Below are positions 44,607 to 52,749 of a DNA stretch of 64,000 nt, in pieces (positions within the stretch are counted from its first letter, which is position 1; the number at the start of each line of letters is the position of its first letter). This DNA is from an uncultured Pseudomonadota bacterium (GTDB taxonomy: Bacteria > Myxococcota_A > Polyangia > Polyangiales > Polyangiaceae), in NCBI GenBank assembly GCA_963822115.1, contig CAWGGM010000009.1:104451-168450 (forward strand), given 5' to 3'. A program made the translations under genes and the position numbers. The notes beneath the pieces were generated by a model that did not search any database, was not told the origin of the DNA, and was given only the letters and a program-made list of their open reading frames with translations.

Positions 44607-45338
44607 ATGAGCGTGCCCCCGGTGGCCTTCACCATCCCGGAACCGCCGCCAGTGGGCGGCACGCAGCAATTCGTCCTCGGTGACGGCCGCTGGCTCTGGT
44701 GGTGGACGCCGGTCGATCGCTTCAGCACGGTGTCGGCCCAGGATGGCTCGGACTTCCAGATGTTCGCCAAGGCGGTCGGGTCGGTGATGGAATACGCGGG
44801 GCCGACAACGACAGGGCCGCTATTCCTTGCAGAGGAGTTCGACCAGCTCGATGGCGGTCACGTGCAGGGCATCATCGCCTACTCGGATGGCGTCTCGCCG
44901 ATGAAGCCGTACCTGGTGCCGCCGGATCCGGACAACGACTACGGCGAGCCCGTCTTCGCCAACAGCGACGTCGCCTTCATGAAAGGCATCCATCAGACGG
45001 GCGTCAACCAATACGACTCGGTCGAGATCTGGACCACCCCCTACAGCACCGATCCGACGCAGTTGAAGCCGCGGAAGGTAGCGGCGCTGCCATTCCAGGA
45101 TATGCCCCCGGTGCTCGGCGGCTGGGGCCGGGTCGCGACATCGACCCTCATGGGCGGCGATGCCGGCATCGGGTTGGGCATATGGACCCTGTCCAGCGGA
45201 CTGTTGAAAGCCTACGCAGTGCCAGGGGACTACTTCTTCAATACGCTGTTGGGGCTCACTCGCTCCCATGTGTGGCTCGGGGCAGCCAAGCCGATGGCTA
45301 GCGACGACAACTATCTGTTCCGGTTGGATGTGCAGTAG
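44607..45338 (+). CDS. Hypothetical protein (243 aa, no signal peptide)
   Basis: This is the only coding-looking part of the 1360-aa track ORF. ATG at 44607, or GTG at 44598. Normal amino-acid composition (MSVPPVAFTIPEPPPVGGTQQFVLGDGRWLWWW...). No family recognised. Confidence 0.55.
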   Translation: MSVPPVAFTIPEPPPVGGTQQFVLGDGRWLWWWTPVDRFSTVSAQDGSDFQMFAKAVGSVMEYAGPTTTGPLFLAEEFDQLDGGHVQGIIAYSDGVSPMKPYLVPPDPDNDYGEPVFANSDVAFMKGIHQTGVNQYDSVEIWTTPYSTDPTQLKPRKVAALPFQDMPPVLGGWGRVATSTLMGGDAGIGLGIWTLSSGLLKAYAVPGDYFFNTLLGLTRSHVWLGAAKPMASDDNYLFRLDVQ

Positions 45339-45554
45339 CGCCGGGATGTCGCAATTCGTCCGCGGAAGCCGGCCGTCTGCTCGCCGGCAGGCCAACGGCT
45401 GATCCGCCGCCAGCAAAGCCACCGCCATCCCCGCCGCGCGCATCGCCCATTTCGACGCGCGCGACGCGCAGCGCGGCTCCGGGCGTCGCGTCCCGCGCGT
45501 CGCGGAGCGCCGCGGGCGGCTCGCGCAAAGCGCCTTCCGGCTCGCAAACGCCGT

Positions 45555-45880
45555 TCCCCGGCTCCCGAGCGTGACTCCCCGCGGGGAGTGACGATTTTTC
45601 GCCGGGGAGCTCGACCTGGTCGCTGGGGAGCGCGAGCTTGTTGCTGGGGACGCCCCCGCGCGAGGCGGGGAACGACGCCGCCGGAGCCGGGGAAGCGACT
45701 TGGCGTGCGGGGGAAAGCGCGCTCGGAGCCCGGGGATCGTCCCGGCGACGGGGTCCGCGAGAGCGAGGGAGCACATTTTCCGGTCGCGGGAGCACCGCGC
45801 GGCATCCACCGAGCACATTTTCCGGTCGCGGGAGCAGCGCGCGGCAGCGGTCGAGCTGCTTTCCGCGTGGCGGGAGCACC
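45555..45880. repeat. Non-coding phased array: 16-bp palindrome ACTCCCCGCGGGGAGT (45574-45589), TCCCC units to its left and about 13 GGGGA/GGGAGCA units to its right, at 21-bp (or 42-bp) spacing
   Basis: GGGGA starts at 45583, 45604, 45625, 45646, 45667, 45689, 45710 and 45732, with GGGGT at 45750. GGGAGCA starts at 45767, 45788, 45830 and 45872. TCCCC is at 45555 and 45576. The sequence between motifs is not conserved, except for a 26-nt GAGCACATTTTCCGGTCGCGGGAGCA duplicate 42 nt apart. Confidence 0.85.
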
Positions 45881-45946
45881 GCCGAGGCGCGAGATTGCCG
45901 TCGCACCGCGGCCAACCTCTCCCATGCGTCCGCTCGCGCCGGTGGT

Positions 45947-46192
45947 ATGATTGCGGTGATGGCCCAGCCGAAGCACATGCCCGATCCGGTGCCCGCCGCG
46001 CTGAAGCCGCTCGTCGATCAGCTCGCGGGCCTGTCTTCCGAGCAGCGCCGCCTCGTAATCGAGGCCGCCGAGCAATCGGTGCGTGCCCACGAGTCTGTCG
46101 GCCTCTCGGAGCAGGACATCCAGCGGCTGACCGGCATCGTAGCCATCGGCGGCAACGCGCTCGAAGACTGCGACGCGCTGTACGATGGCTAA
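45947..46192 (+). CDS. Putative antitoxin of a VapBC-like type II toxin-antitoxin pair
   Basis: Small ORF (81 aa) whose stop overlaps the PIN gene start by 8 nt (ATGGCTAA). GGTGG lies just upstream of the ATG at 45947. The call rests on context; the fold class was not recognised. Confidence 0.55.
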   Translation: MIAVMAQPKHMPDPVPAALKPLVDQLAGLSSEQRRLVIEAAEQSVRAHESVGLSEQDIQRLTGIVAIGGNALEDCDALYDG

Positions 46193-46610
46193 CGTCGTCC
46201 TGGACGCGAACGTCCTGGTCGGTCTCTTCGACCGGAACGACACGCTCCATTCCGCCGCCACAGAACTCGTGCAACGCATCACGGGCCACGGCGACAGGGT
46301 GGCGCTGGTCGATTTCTGCATGGCGGAGGCGCTGTCCGTCCTGTGTCGTCGAAGCCGCGAACGGAAGTCGAACCCGCCCGACCTGACCGCTATCTTCGAG
46401 GAGGCTCGCGCGCTCGACAACGCGGGCAAGATTGCCCATGTCGAGGAAACGTCGTTCAGGGCAGTCCTCAACGTCATGCAGGCCACGGCCGGCGCGCTGA
46501 ACTACAACGACGCGCTGCTGGTCGTTCTGCAGAAACGCGGAGCGATCGGTGAGGTCGCTTCGTTCGATGTCCGGCTGGATACGGCGGAGGGCTTCCGCCG
46601 TCTCGCATAG
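46185..46610 (+). CDS. vapC: PIN-domain ribonuclease toxin (VapC-like)
   Basis: MANVVLDANVLV (first acidic residue), an E in MAEALSV, and NDALLV ... SFD at the C-terminus. 141 aa. Classic PIN layout. Confidence 0.85.
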   Translation: MANVVLDANVLVGLFDRNDTLHSAATELVQRITGHGDRVALVDFCMAEALSVLCRRSRERKSNPPDLTAIFEEARALDNAGKIAHVEETSFRAVLNVMQATAGALNYNDALLVVLQKRGAIGEVASFDVRLDTAEGFRRLA

Positions 46611-46736
46611 CGCGTCCACGAGCTTCGCGGTCTTCGATCGGGCATCTTTCGGCTTGGCGCCGGCGACCGACGAACATCCACTTTCGCTAGTCGCTCCGCA
46701 AGGCTACCGTCTCGCCCCGAGCGGAGCTGTCGCGGA

Positions 46737-48398
46737 ATGACGCCGGAAGGTGAAGAAGAGCTGCCGTCGGCAGCAGGCAGCGCGGACGACAACGCCGCCG
46801 CGCTGCCCGACGCGACGCACGCGACGGACTCTACGGCGCCTCGCGGCTACGCCGCGCCCGATCGCGCCCGCGCCGAGGTCGACGCCACGCGGCCGGTCTT
46901 CTACTTCAGCGTACTGCTGACCGCGGCGCTGGTGGCGGCGGCGCACCAGGTGTTCGGGCGACTGCTGCTCTTGTATCTGGATCCGGGGTCGGGCCCGTCG
47001 CTGGCGCTGGCCGAGGCGCTGGGTGTTGCGGCAATGCTCGCGGGCGCTATGGCGGTGCGGCGCGACGCGGCGCTCCGCAATCGCTTTCCCGCGCTGCTCG
47101 TCGCGCTGGGGCTGGTGACGGGCGCGGCGGCTCCCGCGCTGTTCTTCGCCTTCGCGCGCCCGCGGCTGTTCGACAGTGTAGTGCTGGCGCTGCCAGTGGT
47201 CGCGGGCCTGCTCGTCGGCGCCGCGGCGCGCGCCGGCTGGCTTCTGCTCGCGCGTCCGGTGCGGCAGCTCGGTGCGCTGTCGCGACTGGTCAATCCGTTC
47301 CGGCTGCTGGCCATCGGGCTCGCGCTCGGTGTGGCCGCCGGCTCGGCGACGCTGATCGGCCTGCCGCGCGCCGGCGCCGCCATCGCGCTGGTGCTGGCCG
47401 TGCTGGGCGGCTGGTGGACGGCGCTCTCGTTCTTCCTCGAGCGCCGCCCGCTTGCCCGTCCGCGCCTGGTGCAGGGCGCCGCGGGGCTGATGTTCGTCGC
47501 GGGCCTGGGCCTGTTCGCCATCTGGCAGCGCGTGGTGCCGCTCGCCGACCACCACCACTACGTCAACCAGATCGTCTACGCGCGCCACACCGACCGGCAG
47601 ACCTTCGTGGTCACCTCCGGGCAGGAGAACTTCGAGCTGTTCGTCGATCGCCACCTCAAGGTCTCGAGCCTGGACGCGCCGCGCTACTACGAAGCGCTCG
47701 TGCATCCCGTGCTCGGCGCAGTCGCCCATCCGCGCCGCGTACTGGTGCTGGGCTCGGCCGACGGCATGGCGGCGCGCGAGATCCTGCGCCACCCCGAGGT
47801 GCAGTCGATCACCGAGGTCGTGGTCGACGCCACAATCGCCAGGTTGGCGCGCCAGCAGCGCTGGCTCGGCGAGCGTTCCCACGACGCGATGCTGTCGCCG
47901 AAGCTGCACGTCATCCAGAAGGAGCCAATCGCCTGGCTGCGCGACACGGGCGCGCCTTTCGACGCCGTCATCGTCGACCTGCCGGACCCGTACAACTACG
48001 TCGACAGCAAGAACTACACGCACTACTTCTACCGCCAGCTGGCTCGGCATCTGGCGCCGGGTGCGGTCGCCGTGGTGCAGGCCACCAGCGCGTTCAGCTC
48101 GCCCCGCACCTTCGACAGCATCGTACGCACGATACAGAGCGCCGGCCTCCAGACGCGGCTCTACCACGCCGCCGTGCCCACCTTCGGCGACTGGGGCTTC
48201 GTGCTGTGCGCGACCCACGCCGTGCCGCTGCCGACGCGCGTCCCGCCGGGGCTTAGCTATCTCACGCCGAAGACGCTCGCCGATCTGTTCATCATGCCGC
48301 GCGATCTGCGCGTGAGCGTCGCCTCGCCGACCAACACGCTGCAGGAGCAGCCGATCGTCGACATCTTCGCGAAGGAGCGAAAGAAGCTCGGGGACTGA
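46737..48398 (+). CDS. Membrane-anchored spermidine-synthase-like (polyamine aminopropyltransferase family) protein
   Basis: An N-terminal ~250 aa with about 7 TM helices, then a SpeE-like domain (VLVLGSADGMAAREILRH, VVVDATI, DAVIVDLPDP, FYRQLARHLAPGAVAVVQATS). Confidence 0.8.
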   Translation: MTPEGEEELPSAAGSADDNAAALPDATHATDSTAPRGYAAPDRARAEVDATRPVFYFSVLLTAALVAAAHQVFGRLLLLYLDPGSGPSLALAEALGVAAMLAGAMAVRRDAALRNRFPALLVALGLVTGAAAPALFFAFARPRLFDSVVLALPVVAGLLVGAAARAGWLLLARPVRQLGALSRLVNPFRLLAIGLALGVAAGSATLIGLPRAGAAIALVLAVLGGWWTALSFFLERRPLARPRLVQGAAGLMFVAGLGLFAIWQRVVPLADHHHYVNQIVYARHTDRQTFVVTSGQENFELFVDRHLKVSSLDAPRYYEALVHPVLGAVAHPRRVLVLGSADGMAAREILRHPEVQSITEVVVDATIARLARQQRWLGERSHDAMLSPKLHVIQKEPIAWLRDTGAPFDAVIVDLPDPYNYVDSKNYTHYFYRQLARHLAPGAVAVVQATSAFSSPRTFDSIVRTIQSAGLQTRLYHAAVPTFGDWGFVLCATHAVPLPTRVPPGLSYLTPKTLADLFIMPRDLRVSVASPTNTLQEQPIVDIFAKERKKLGD

Positions 48399-48475
48399 CA
48401 GCGCGTCCGGGGGCGCGCAGAGCTGGCGGTGTCGCGCCGCCTCTCCGGGTGCAGTGGCTGCCAGGACCCCCCGGC

Positions 48476-49174
48476 TCAGCGGCAGACGCGGTAATCGGGC
48501 GTCAGGTTGTACGGCTGGCAGGTGGTGCCAGCAGGGCAGACGTTCAATGACTGCCCGCACACGACGATCGTGTTCGTCCCGCCACAGTTGTCCTGGCAGC
48601 TGCTGGACTTGATCACGCCCGCCAACTGGATGGTGCCGCAGCAGATCTGGCCCGGGGCACAGTCCTCCGGACCGTCGCAGCCGATGCTGGTGCCGGTGCA
48701 GTCGGACGCCAGCTCGCACGTGTGCTGCAAGCTGAACTGGAAGCAGCAGACGTAGCCGCTGTTGAGGTCGCAGGTCGCGCTGCCGCAGATGACGCTGCCG
48801 ACGCTACTGGTTCCGCCGGCGCCGGCGGTCCCACCTGTACCCGTAATTCCGCCCGCGCCCGCGCTGCCACCCGTGCCCGCGCTGCCGCCCGTACCGGTGG
48901 TTGCGCCGCCACCGGCCGTCCCACCCGTGCCGGTGCTCCCGGCGCTGCCTCCGGCGCCGCCTGCGTCCGGCACGCCACCGGAACCGCCGGTCGCTGCGCC
49001 TCCTCCGCCGCTACCCGCTGTTCCGGCGCTGCCGGCATCGACGCCGCCGCTGGCCGCCGCTCCGGCCGCTCCGCCCGCGCCCTTCGCCTTGAGGCTGCCC
49101 AGCCCGCTGGAGCACGCAACCACGGCGGCGGCTGCGGCCGCCAGCGTGATGGTCCGTAGTGCGCTGCTCCCCAT
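48476..49174 (-). CDS. Lipoprotein with a long Gly-rich linker and a Cys-rich C-terminal domain
   Basis: The ATG at 49174 gives MGSSALRTITLAAAAAAVVAC (lipobox). About 100 aa of G/A/S/T linker follow, then a ~100-aa domain with about 16 Cys. It starts 17 nt after the mglA stop. Confidence 0.7.
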   Translation of the reverse strand: MGSSALRTITLAAAAAAVVACSSGLGSLKAKGAGGAAGAAASGGVDAGSAGTAGSGGGGAATGGSGGVPDAGGAGGSAGSTGTGGTAGGGATTGTGGSAGTGGSAGAGGITGTGGTAGAGGTSSVGSVICGSATCDLNSGYVCCFQFSLQHTCELASDCTGTSIGCDGPEDCAPGQICCGTIQLAGVIKSSSCQDNCGGTNTIVVCGQSLNVCPAGTTCQPYNLTPDYRVCR

Positions 49175-49191
49175 GCTGGCCCCGGACGCGT

Positions 49192-49773
49192 TCAACGCTT
49201 CATCCGACCGAGCACGAGCTTCGACAGGGCCTTGAGCGTGTCGAACACGCCCGGGCCGGTCCTGGCCACTGCCTCGAAATCGGGAACACCGAGTGGGTTG
49301 ATGGCGGGGCGCAGCTCCTCGACCGTCATGGCGCCCGGGATGTCGCGCTTGTTGTACTGCACGACGTAGGGCAGGTCCTCGAGCCGCATGTTGTACTCGG
49401 CCAGGTTGGTCGCCAGGTTCGAGACGCTCTCCTGGTTGGCCTCGAAGCGCTCGGGCTGCGAGTCGGCGACGAAGATGATGCCGTCGGCGCCCTTGAGGAT
49501 GAGCTTGCGGCTGGCGTCGTAGAAGACCTGGCCGGGCACGGTGTACAGGTGGAAGCGCACCTTGAAGCCGCGCACGGTGCCGAGGTCGATCGGCATGAAG
49601 TCGAAGAAGAGCGTGCGCTCGGTCTCGGTGGCGAGCGAGATCATCTTGCCCTTCGACGCGGGGTTCGTCTTCTCGAAGATGTACTGCAGGTTGGTCGTCT
49701 TCCCGCACAGGCCGGGACCGTAGTAGACGATCTTGCAGTTGATCTCCTTCGCCATGTGGTTGATGAAGCTCAC
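49192..49773 (-). CDS. mglA: Ras-like gliding-motility/polarity GTPase MglA
   Basis: [36 protein letters not shown] ... ERTLFFDF ... [21 protein letters not shown] ... QYNKRD is near-identical over its whole length to M. xanthus MglA as I remember it ([33 protein letters not shown]...). The GTG at 49773 is preceded by AAGGAAGG. 193 aa. Confidence 0.92.
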   Translation of the reverse strand: MSFINHMAKEINCKIVYYGPGLCGKTTNLQYIFEKTNPASKGKMISLATETERTLFFDFMPIDLGTVRGFKVRFHLYTVPGQVFYDASRKLILKGADGIIFVADSQPERFEANQESVSNLATNLAEYNMRLEDLPYVVQYNKRDIPGAMTVEELRPAINPLGVPDFEAVARTGPGVFDTLKALSKLVLGRMKR

Positions 49774-50354
49774 GACGATCCTTCCTTGTCGGCGAGACGG
49801 GTCTTGATGTCCCCCACGACGCGGTCGATGGCGGCGTCGACTTCGGCAGTCTCCATTCCGAGGAACGATCCGAGCTCGTCGAGCGAAGCCGCTTCCGGTT
49901 CGGCAAGGTGGCCGTCGGCGACGGCCACCAGAGCGGCAAAGCCCAGCGCCTCGCCGCGGCTGAGGCCGTCCTCGAAGTCCTCGGCGGCGCGCCGCAGCCG
50001 CTCGCGGCGGCCGAGGATATCGACGGCGTCGTCGAGATCCTTGAAGTGCAGCTCCAGGTCGTCGTGCGAGACGGCGCGACCGAGCACGGCTTCGAGCAAG
50101 GTGGAAAGCGCGTGGCGCTCCTCCTCGGCGAAGCCGTCGGCGCTCGCGATCAGGTAGCCGATCTCGAGCAGCGACTGGAAGTGGACCGCGGCCGTGCCTG
50201 GCTGGTCGTGCGTCACGGCCTCGGCGCCCGCTTTGAGGTGCGAGGCGGACGGCAGGCGGCCACCCAGCGCTTCGGGTGCGCCGGTGAGGAGATCCTGGAT
50301 GGCGGCGGCAAGCCGGTCCGGCGGGTGTGCGGAGAGGTCGATCGTGTGACCCAT
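49770..50354 (-). CDS. TerB-like (tellurite-resistance TerB / DjlA N-domain-like) protein
   Basis: Two helical segments of the TerB pattern ([22 protein letters not shown]; [23 protein letters not shown]). The stop overlaps the mglA GTG (GTGA). It is not Roadblock/LC7-like. Confidence 0.55.
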   Translation of the reverse strand: MGHTIDLSAHPPDRLAAAIQDLLTGAPEALGGRLPSASHLKAGAEAVTHDQPGTAAVHFQSLLEIGYLIASADGFAEEERHALSTLLEAVLGRAVSHDDLELHFKDLDDAVDILGRRERLRRAAEDFEDGLSRGEALGFAALVAVADGHLAEPEAASLDELGSFLGMETAEVDAAIDRVVGDIKTRLADKEGSS

Positions 50355-50431
50355 GACCCCATCGAGCCACGACTTTAAGCGCGCATCAATGGGGGACGGG
50401 CTTTGTCGTCGCGGGCGGCTATGTTCGTGGG

Positions 50432-51148
50432 GTGTTCCGCTCGGGCTACTGGACGGTGCTCAGGGTGCGCGGCGCGCCCGTGCGGCTCCACTGGACGATA
50501 CCGGTGGTGGCCGTCCTGTTCGACGGCTTCCGGTTTTCGCCCGGCTTCATCCTGGGATTCGTGCTGCTGGTGCTGCTGCACGAGCTCGGCCACGCGCTGC
50601 TCGTCTGGCGCACCGGACACCGCGTCGCGGCGATCGAAGTCACGGGGCTCGGCGGCCTATGTCACTGGTCGGGCAACGCCACACCTTTCGAGCGCTCGCT
50701 GATCGCCTGGGGCGGCATCTTGATGCAGGCAGCGCTGTACGCGGCAGTCTGGATTGCCTTCCGCGTCGCCGGGCCGCCACCGAATCTCTTCCTGTGGTCG
50801 CTCTTGTCGGTATTCCTCGGTGCCAACCTATGGATCATGGTCTTCAACCTGATCCCGCTGCCGCCGCTCGACGGCGCCGAGGCCTGGAAGATCTTCGCTC
50901 TCTGGAAGGAGCGACGCGGTCCCGTGCCGCACGGCAGCTGGCGCGACCCAGGCCGCAACGCCCAGCGCGCCTGGCTCGACCAGATGCAGGACGCGCCGCC
51001 CAGGCGCCGCAAGAAGAAGAAGAAGAAGGCCCGCCGGCGCGAACGAGTGGGCTCCGTCCCCGACGATGCCAAGCCGAGCCGCGACGCGCAGCGCGCCATC
51101 GATGACCTCATGCGCAAAGCTCGCGGCCCGAAAGACGACGACAAATAG
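50432..51148 (+). CDS. M50/site-2-protease-like membrane metalloprotease with a highly basic C-terminal tail
   Basis: HELGH zinc motif in a TM helix (LLVLLHELGHALL) and the NLIPLPPLDG motif. About 4 TM helices. The tail contains RRRKKKKKKARRRER, encoded by (AAG)6 at 51011-51028. Confidence 0.75.
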   Translation: MFRSGYWTVLRVRGAPVRLHWTIPVVAVLFDGFRFSPGFILGFVLLVLLHELGHALLVWRTGHRVAAIEVTGLGGLCHWSGNATPFERSLIAWGGILMQAALYAAVWIAFRVAGPPPNLFLWSLLSVFLGANLWIMVFNLIPLPPLDGAEAWKIFALWKERRGPVPHGSWRDPGRNAQRAWLDQMQDAPPRRRKKKKKKARRRERVGSVPDDAKPSRDAQRAIDDLMRKARGPKDDDK

Positions 51149-51308
51149 TGGCGCGCCTGCCTCCCTCTGCCGGGATGCCCTCCGCACTACCCGTCGCGCC
51201 GCGGTCCGCCGTGCTCGCTCCGCTGCGCGCGCCGGGTGGTCCCAAACGCGCGGCTCCGCCGCGCCCGGGCCCACCCACGACGCACCTACCCACGTGACCG
51301 GGCGAGAC

Positions 51309-51719
51309 TCAGATCCGGCACACCCCGGTGATGGGCTTGATGGTCTGCGTGTCCATGTGCACGCCGTCGCACGTCACCTTCACGGTGAGCGTATTGCTAC
51401 CCACGAACTTCGCCAGCGCACGTGCATGGTCGTTGAAATCCAGCATGATGCTGCACTGGTCGATCTGGCTGAAATCAGCTTCGGGGCTGTTGTCTTGCGG
51501 GGATACGATCAGGGTCGTCGCTGCCCCGCAGGGGTCCGGAAACGTGTACCGCGCAACGCTGTGCCCCCCGCTGAAGTCGACTTCGCAAGTGGTGTACGTC
51601 TGCTGCGGAAGGTCCGAATACATCTCGTACTTGAAGGTCGATTGACACGACTCGCCGCTGCAACCGGAACAGCACGCCGAAAACGCAAGCACCCCCAACC
51701 CAAGAATGCGCCCCACCAT
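51309..51719 (-). CDS. Small Cys-containing lipoprotein, hypothetical
   Basis: MVGRILGLGVLAFSACCSGC (signal/lipobox region). 136 aa. It has noticeably more A/T-ending codons than neighbouring genes (26 of 137 by my count). Confidence 0.6.
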   Translation of the reverse strand: MVGRILGLGVLAFSACCSGCSGESCQSTFKYEMYSDLPQQTYTTCEVDFSGGHSVARYTFPDPCGAATTLIVSPQDNSPEADFSQIDQCSIMLDFNDHARALAKFVGSNTLTVKVTCDGVHMDTQTIKPITGVCRI

Positions 51720-51797
51720 TTCCCCTATGCTAGCGCATCCGGCATCCGTGCGCCGCCCGGGGTTCCGTCGCGCAGGGTCGCGGACAAGCGCGCCGAC

Positions 51798-52529
51798 CTA
51801 GCTCCGCCCGAAACGCAACGTCACGGACGTGAACGCCTTGACGGCGTACAGCGCGTTCACGGCGATGTACGGGTAGAAGTAGAGCTCGAGGTGGCCGCTG
51901 AGGCCGACGAAGAGGATGTACGAGGGGTAGTGGATGAGCAGCTTGGCGACGCGCTCGACCAGGCCAACGGCGCGACCGACGAGCGAGCGGCGCGGCGCGA
52001 CGACGTTGGGCGAGTCGGCGGGTTTGCCGGCGATCTCGGGGCGGCGCTGGAAGGTGGTGAGCGCGATGCCGCTCGCCAGGCACACCAGACCGGCGATGCC
52101 GAGCATGAGCAGCGCGGGGCTTCCCGGCTTCGGGCCGAACCACGGCGCGCCGAAGCGGAACAGTCGCACGGCCGCGGCGCCCAGCAGCACGAAGGCCTTG
52201 AGCTCGTCCATGAGGAAGTCGAGCAGGTGGCCGCCGGTCGACGCCGTCTGGCGGAAGCGGGCCAGCATGCCGTCGGCGCAGTCGAGCACGTAGGACAGCT
52301 CGAACACGACCACGGCGGCGACGAGCCCGATGTAGCCGGGCATGAAGACCAGCAGCGCCGCCGACGCGAGCGCGACGAACACCGCGGCGATCGTGATCTG
52401 GTTGGGCGTGACGCGCGTGCCGCGCAGGGCCGTGACTACGACGGCGGCGACGGGACGGGCGACGTAGGTGTTCCAGACGAGATCCGGCTTCTTGCGCGTC
52501 TGGCGGTACACGTCGGCGACGGAGCCCAT
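51798..52529 (-). CDS. CDP-alcohol phosphatidyltransferase family protein
   Basis: The family motif D-x2-DG-x2-AR is present as LDCADGMLAR, followed by DFLMDE. Multi-pass membrane protein of 243 aa. Confidence 0.8.
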   Translation of the reverse strand: MGSVADVYRQTRKKPDLVWNTYVARPVAAVVVTALRGTRVTPNQITIAAVFVALASAALLVFMPGYIGLVAAVVVFELSYVLDCADGMLARFRQTASTGGHLLDFLMDELKAFVLLGAAAVRLFRFGAPWFGPKPGSPALLMLGIAGLVCLASGIALTTFQRRPEIAGKPADSPNVVAPRRSLVGRAVGLVERVAKLLIHYPSYILFVGLSGHLELYFYPYIAVNALYAVKAFTSVTLRFGRS

Positions 52530-52749
52530 GTCGGCCCCGAGCCTACTCGTCCGTATCCCGCCCGCCCACCCCCGCCGGAATCCTCCGCCGGGGGCTCACC
52601 GCCCCCGGACCACCGACGCGCCTCGCTACGCTCGGCGCGGGCTCGCTGTCGCTTCGCCGGATTTCGCCGGCGGCGGGCCAGTACTCTGCGTGCGCCGCGC
52701 GGCGGCGGATTGGGGCGGCGCGGCGGGATATGCTACGTGGATCGGGAGC

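Noticed and set aside
41256-45338. 1360-aa plus-strand ORF, the longest in the window
   Set aside because: For ~3.3 kb it runs out of frame through three well-supported genes and encodes Arg/Ala/Gly-rich nonsense, which is typical of stop-codon-poor high-GC DNA. Only the last 243 codons (44607-45338) are credible.
45298-45978. 226-aa minus-strand ORF (and the plus-strand ORFs 45588-45950 and 45700-46386) across the GGGGA array, showing heptad LP periodicity
   Set aside because: All three frames give Arg/Pro/Gly/Ala-rich low-complexity text. The 7-aa periodicity is a consequence of the 21-bp DNA phasing. Only the last 81 codons of the 45638 ORF (from 45947) look like a real gene.
44820-46619. 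599-aa minus-strand ORF covering the vapBC region
   Set aside because: It is antisense to the PIN toxin and antitoxin genes and to the 243-aa gene. The composition is Arg-rich with no recognisable domain. It is a high-GC artefact.
49770-50354. Calling the gene upstream of mglA mglB on positional grounds
   Set aside because: The sequence shows TerB-like paired-helix motifs (ASADG / AVADG followed by acidic residues) and nothing resembling the Roadblock/LC7 alpha-beta fold pattern. Synteny alone is not enough for the assignment.
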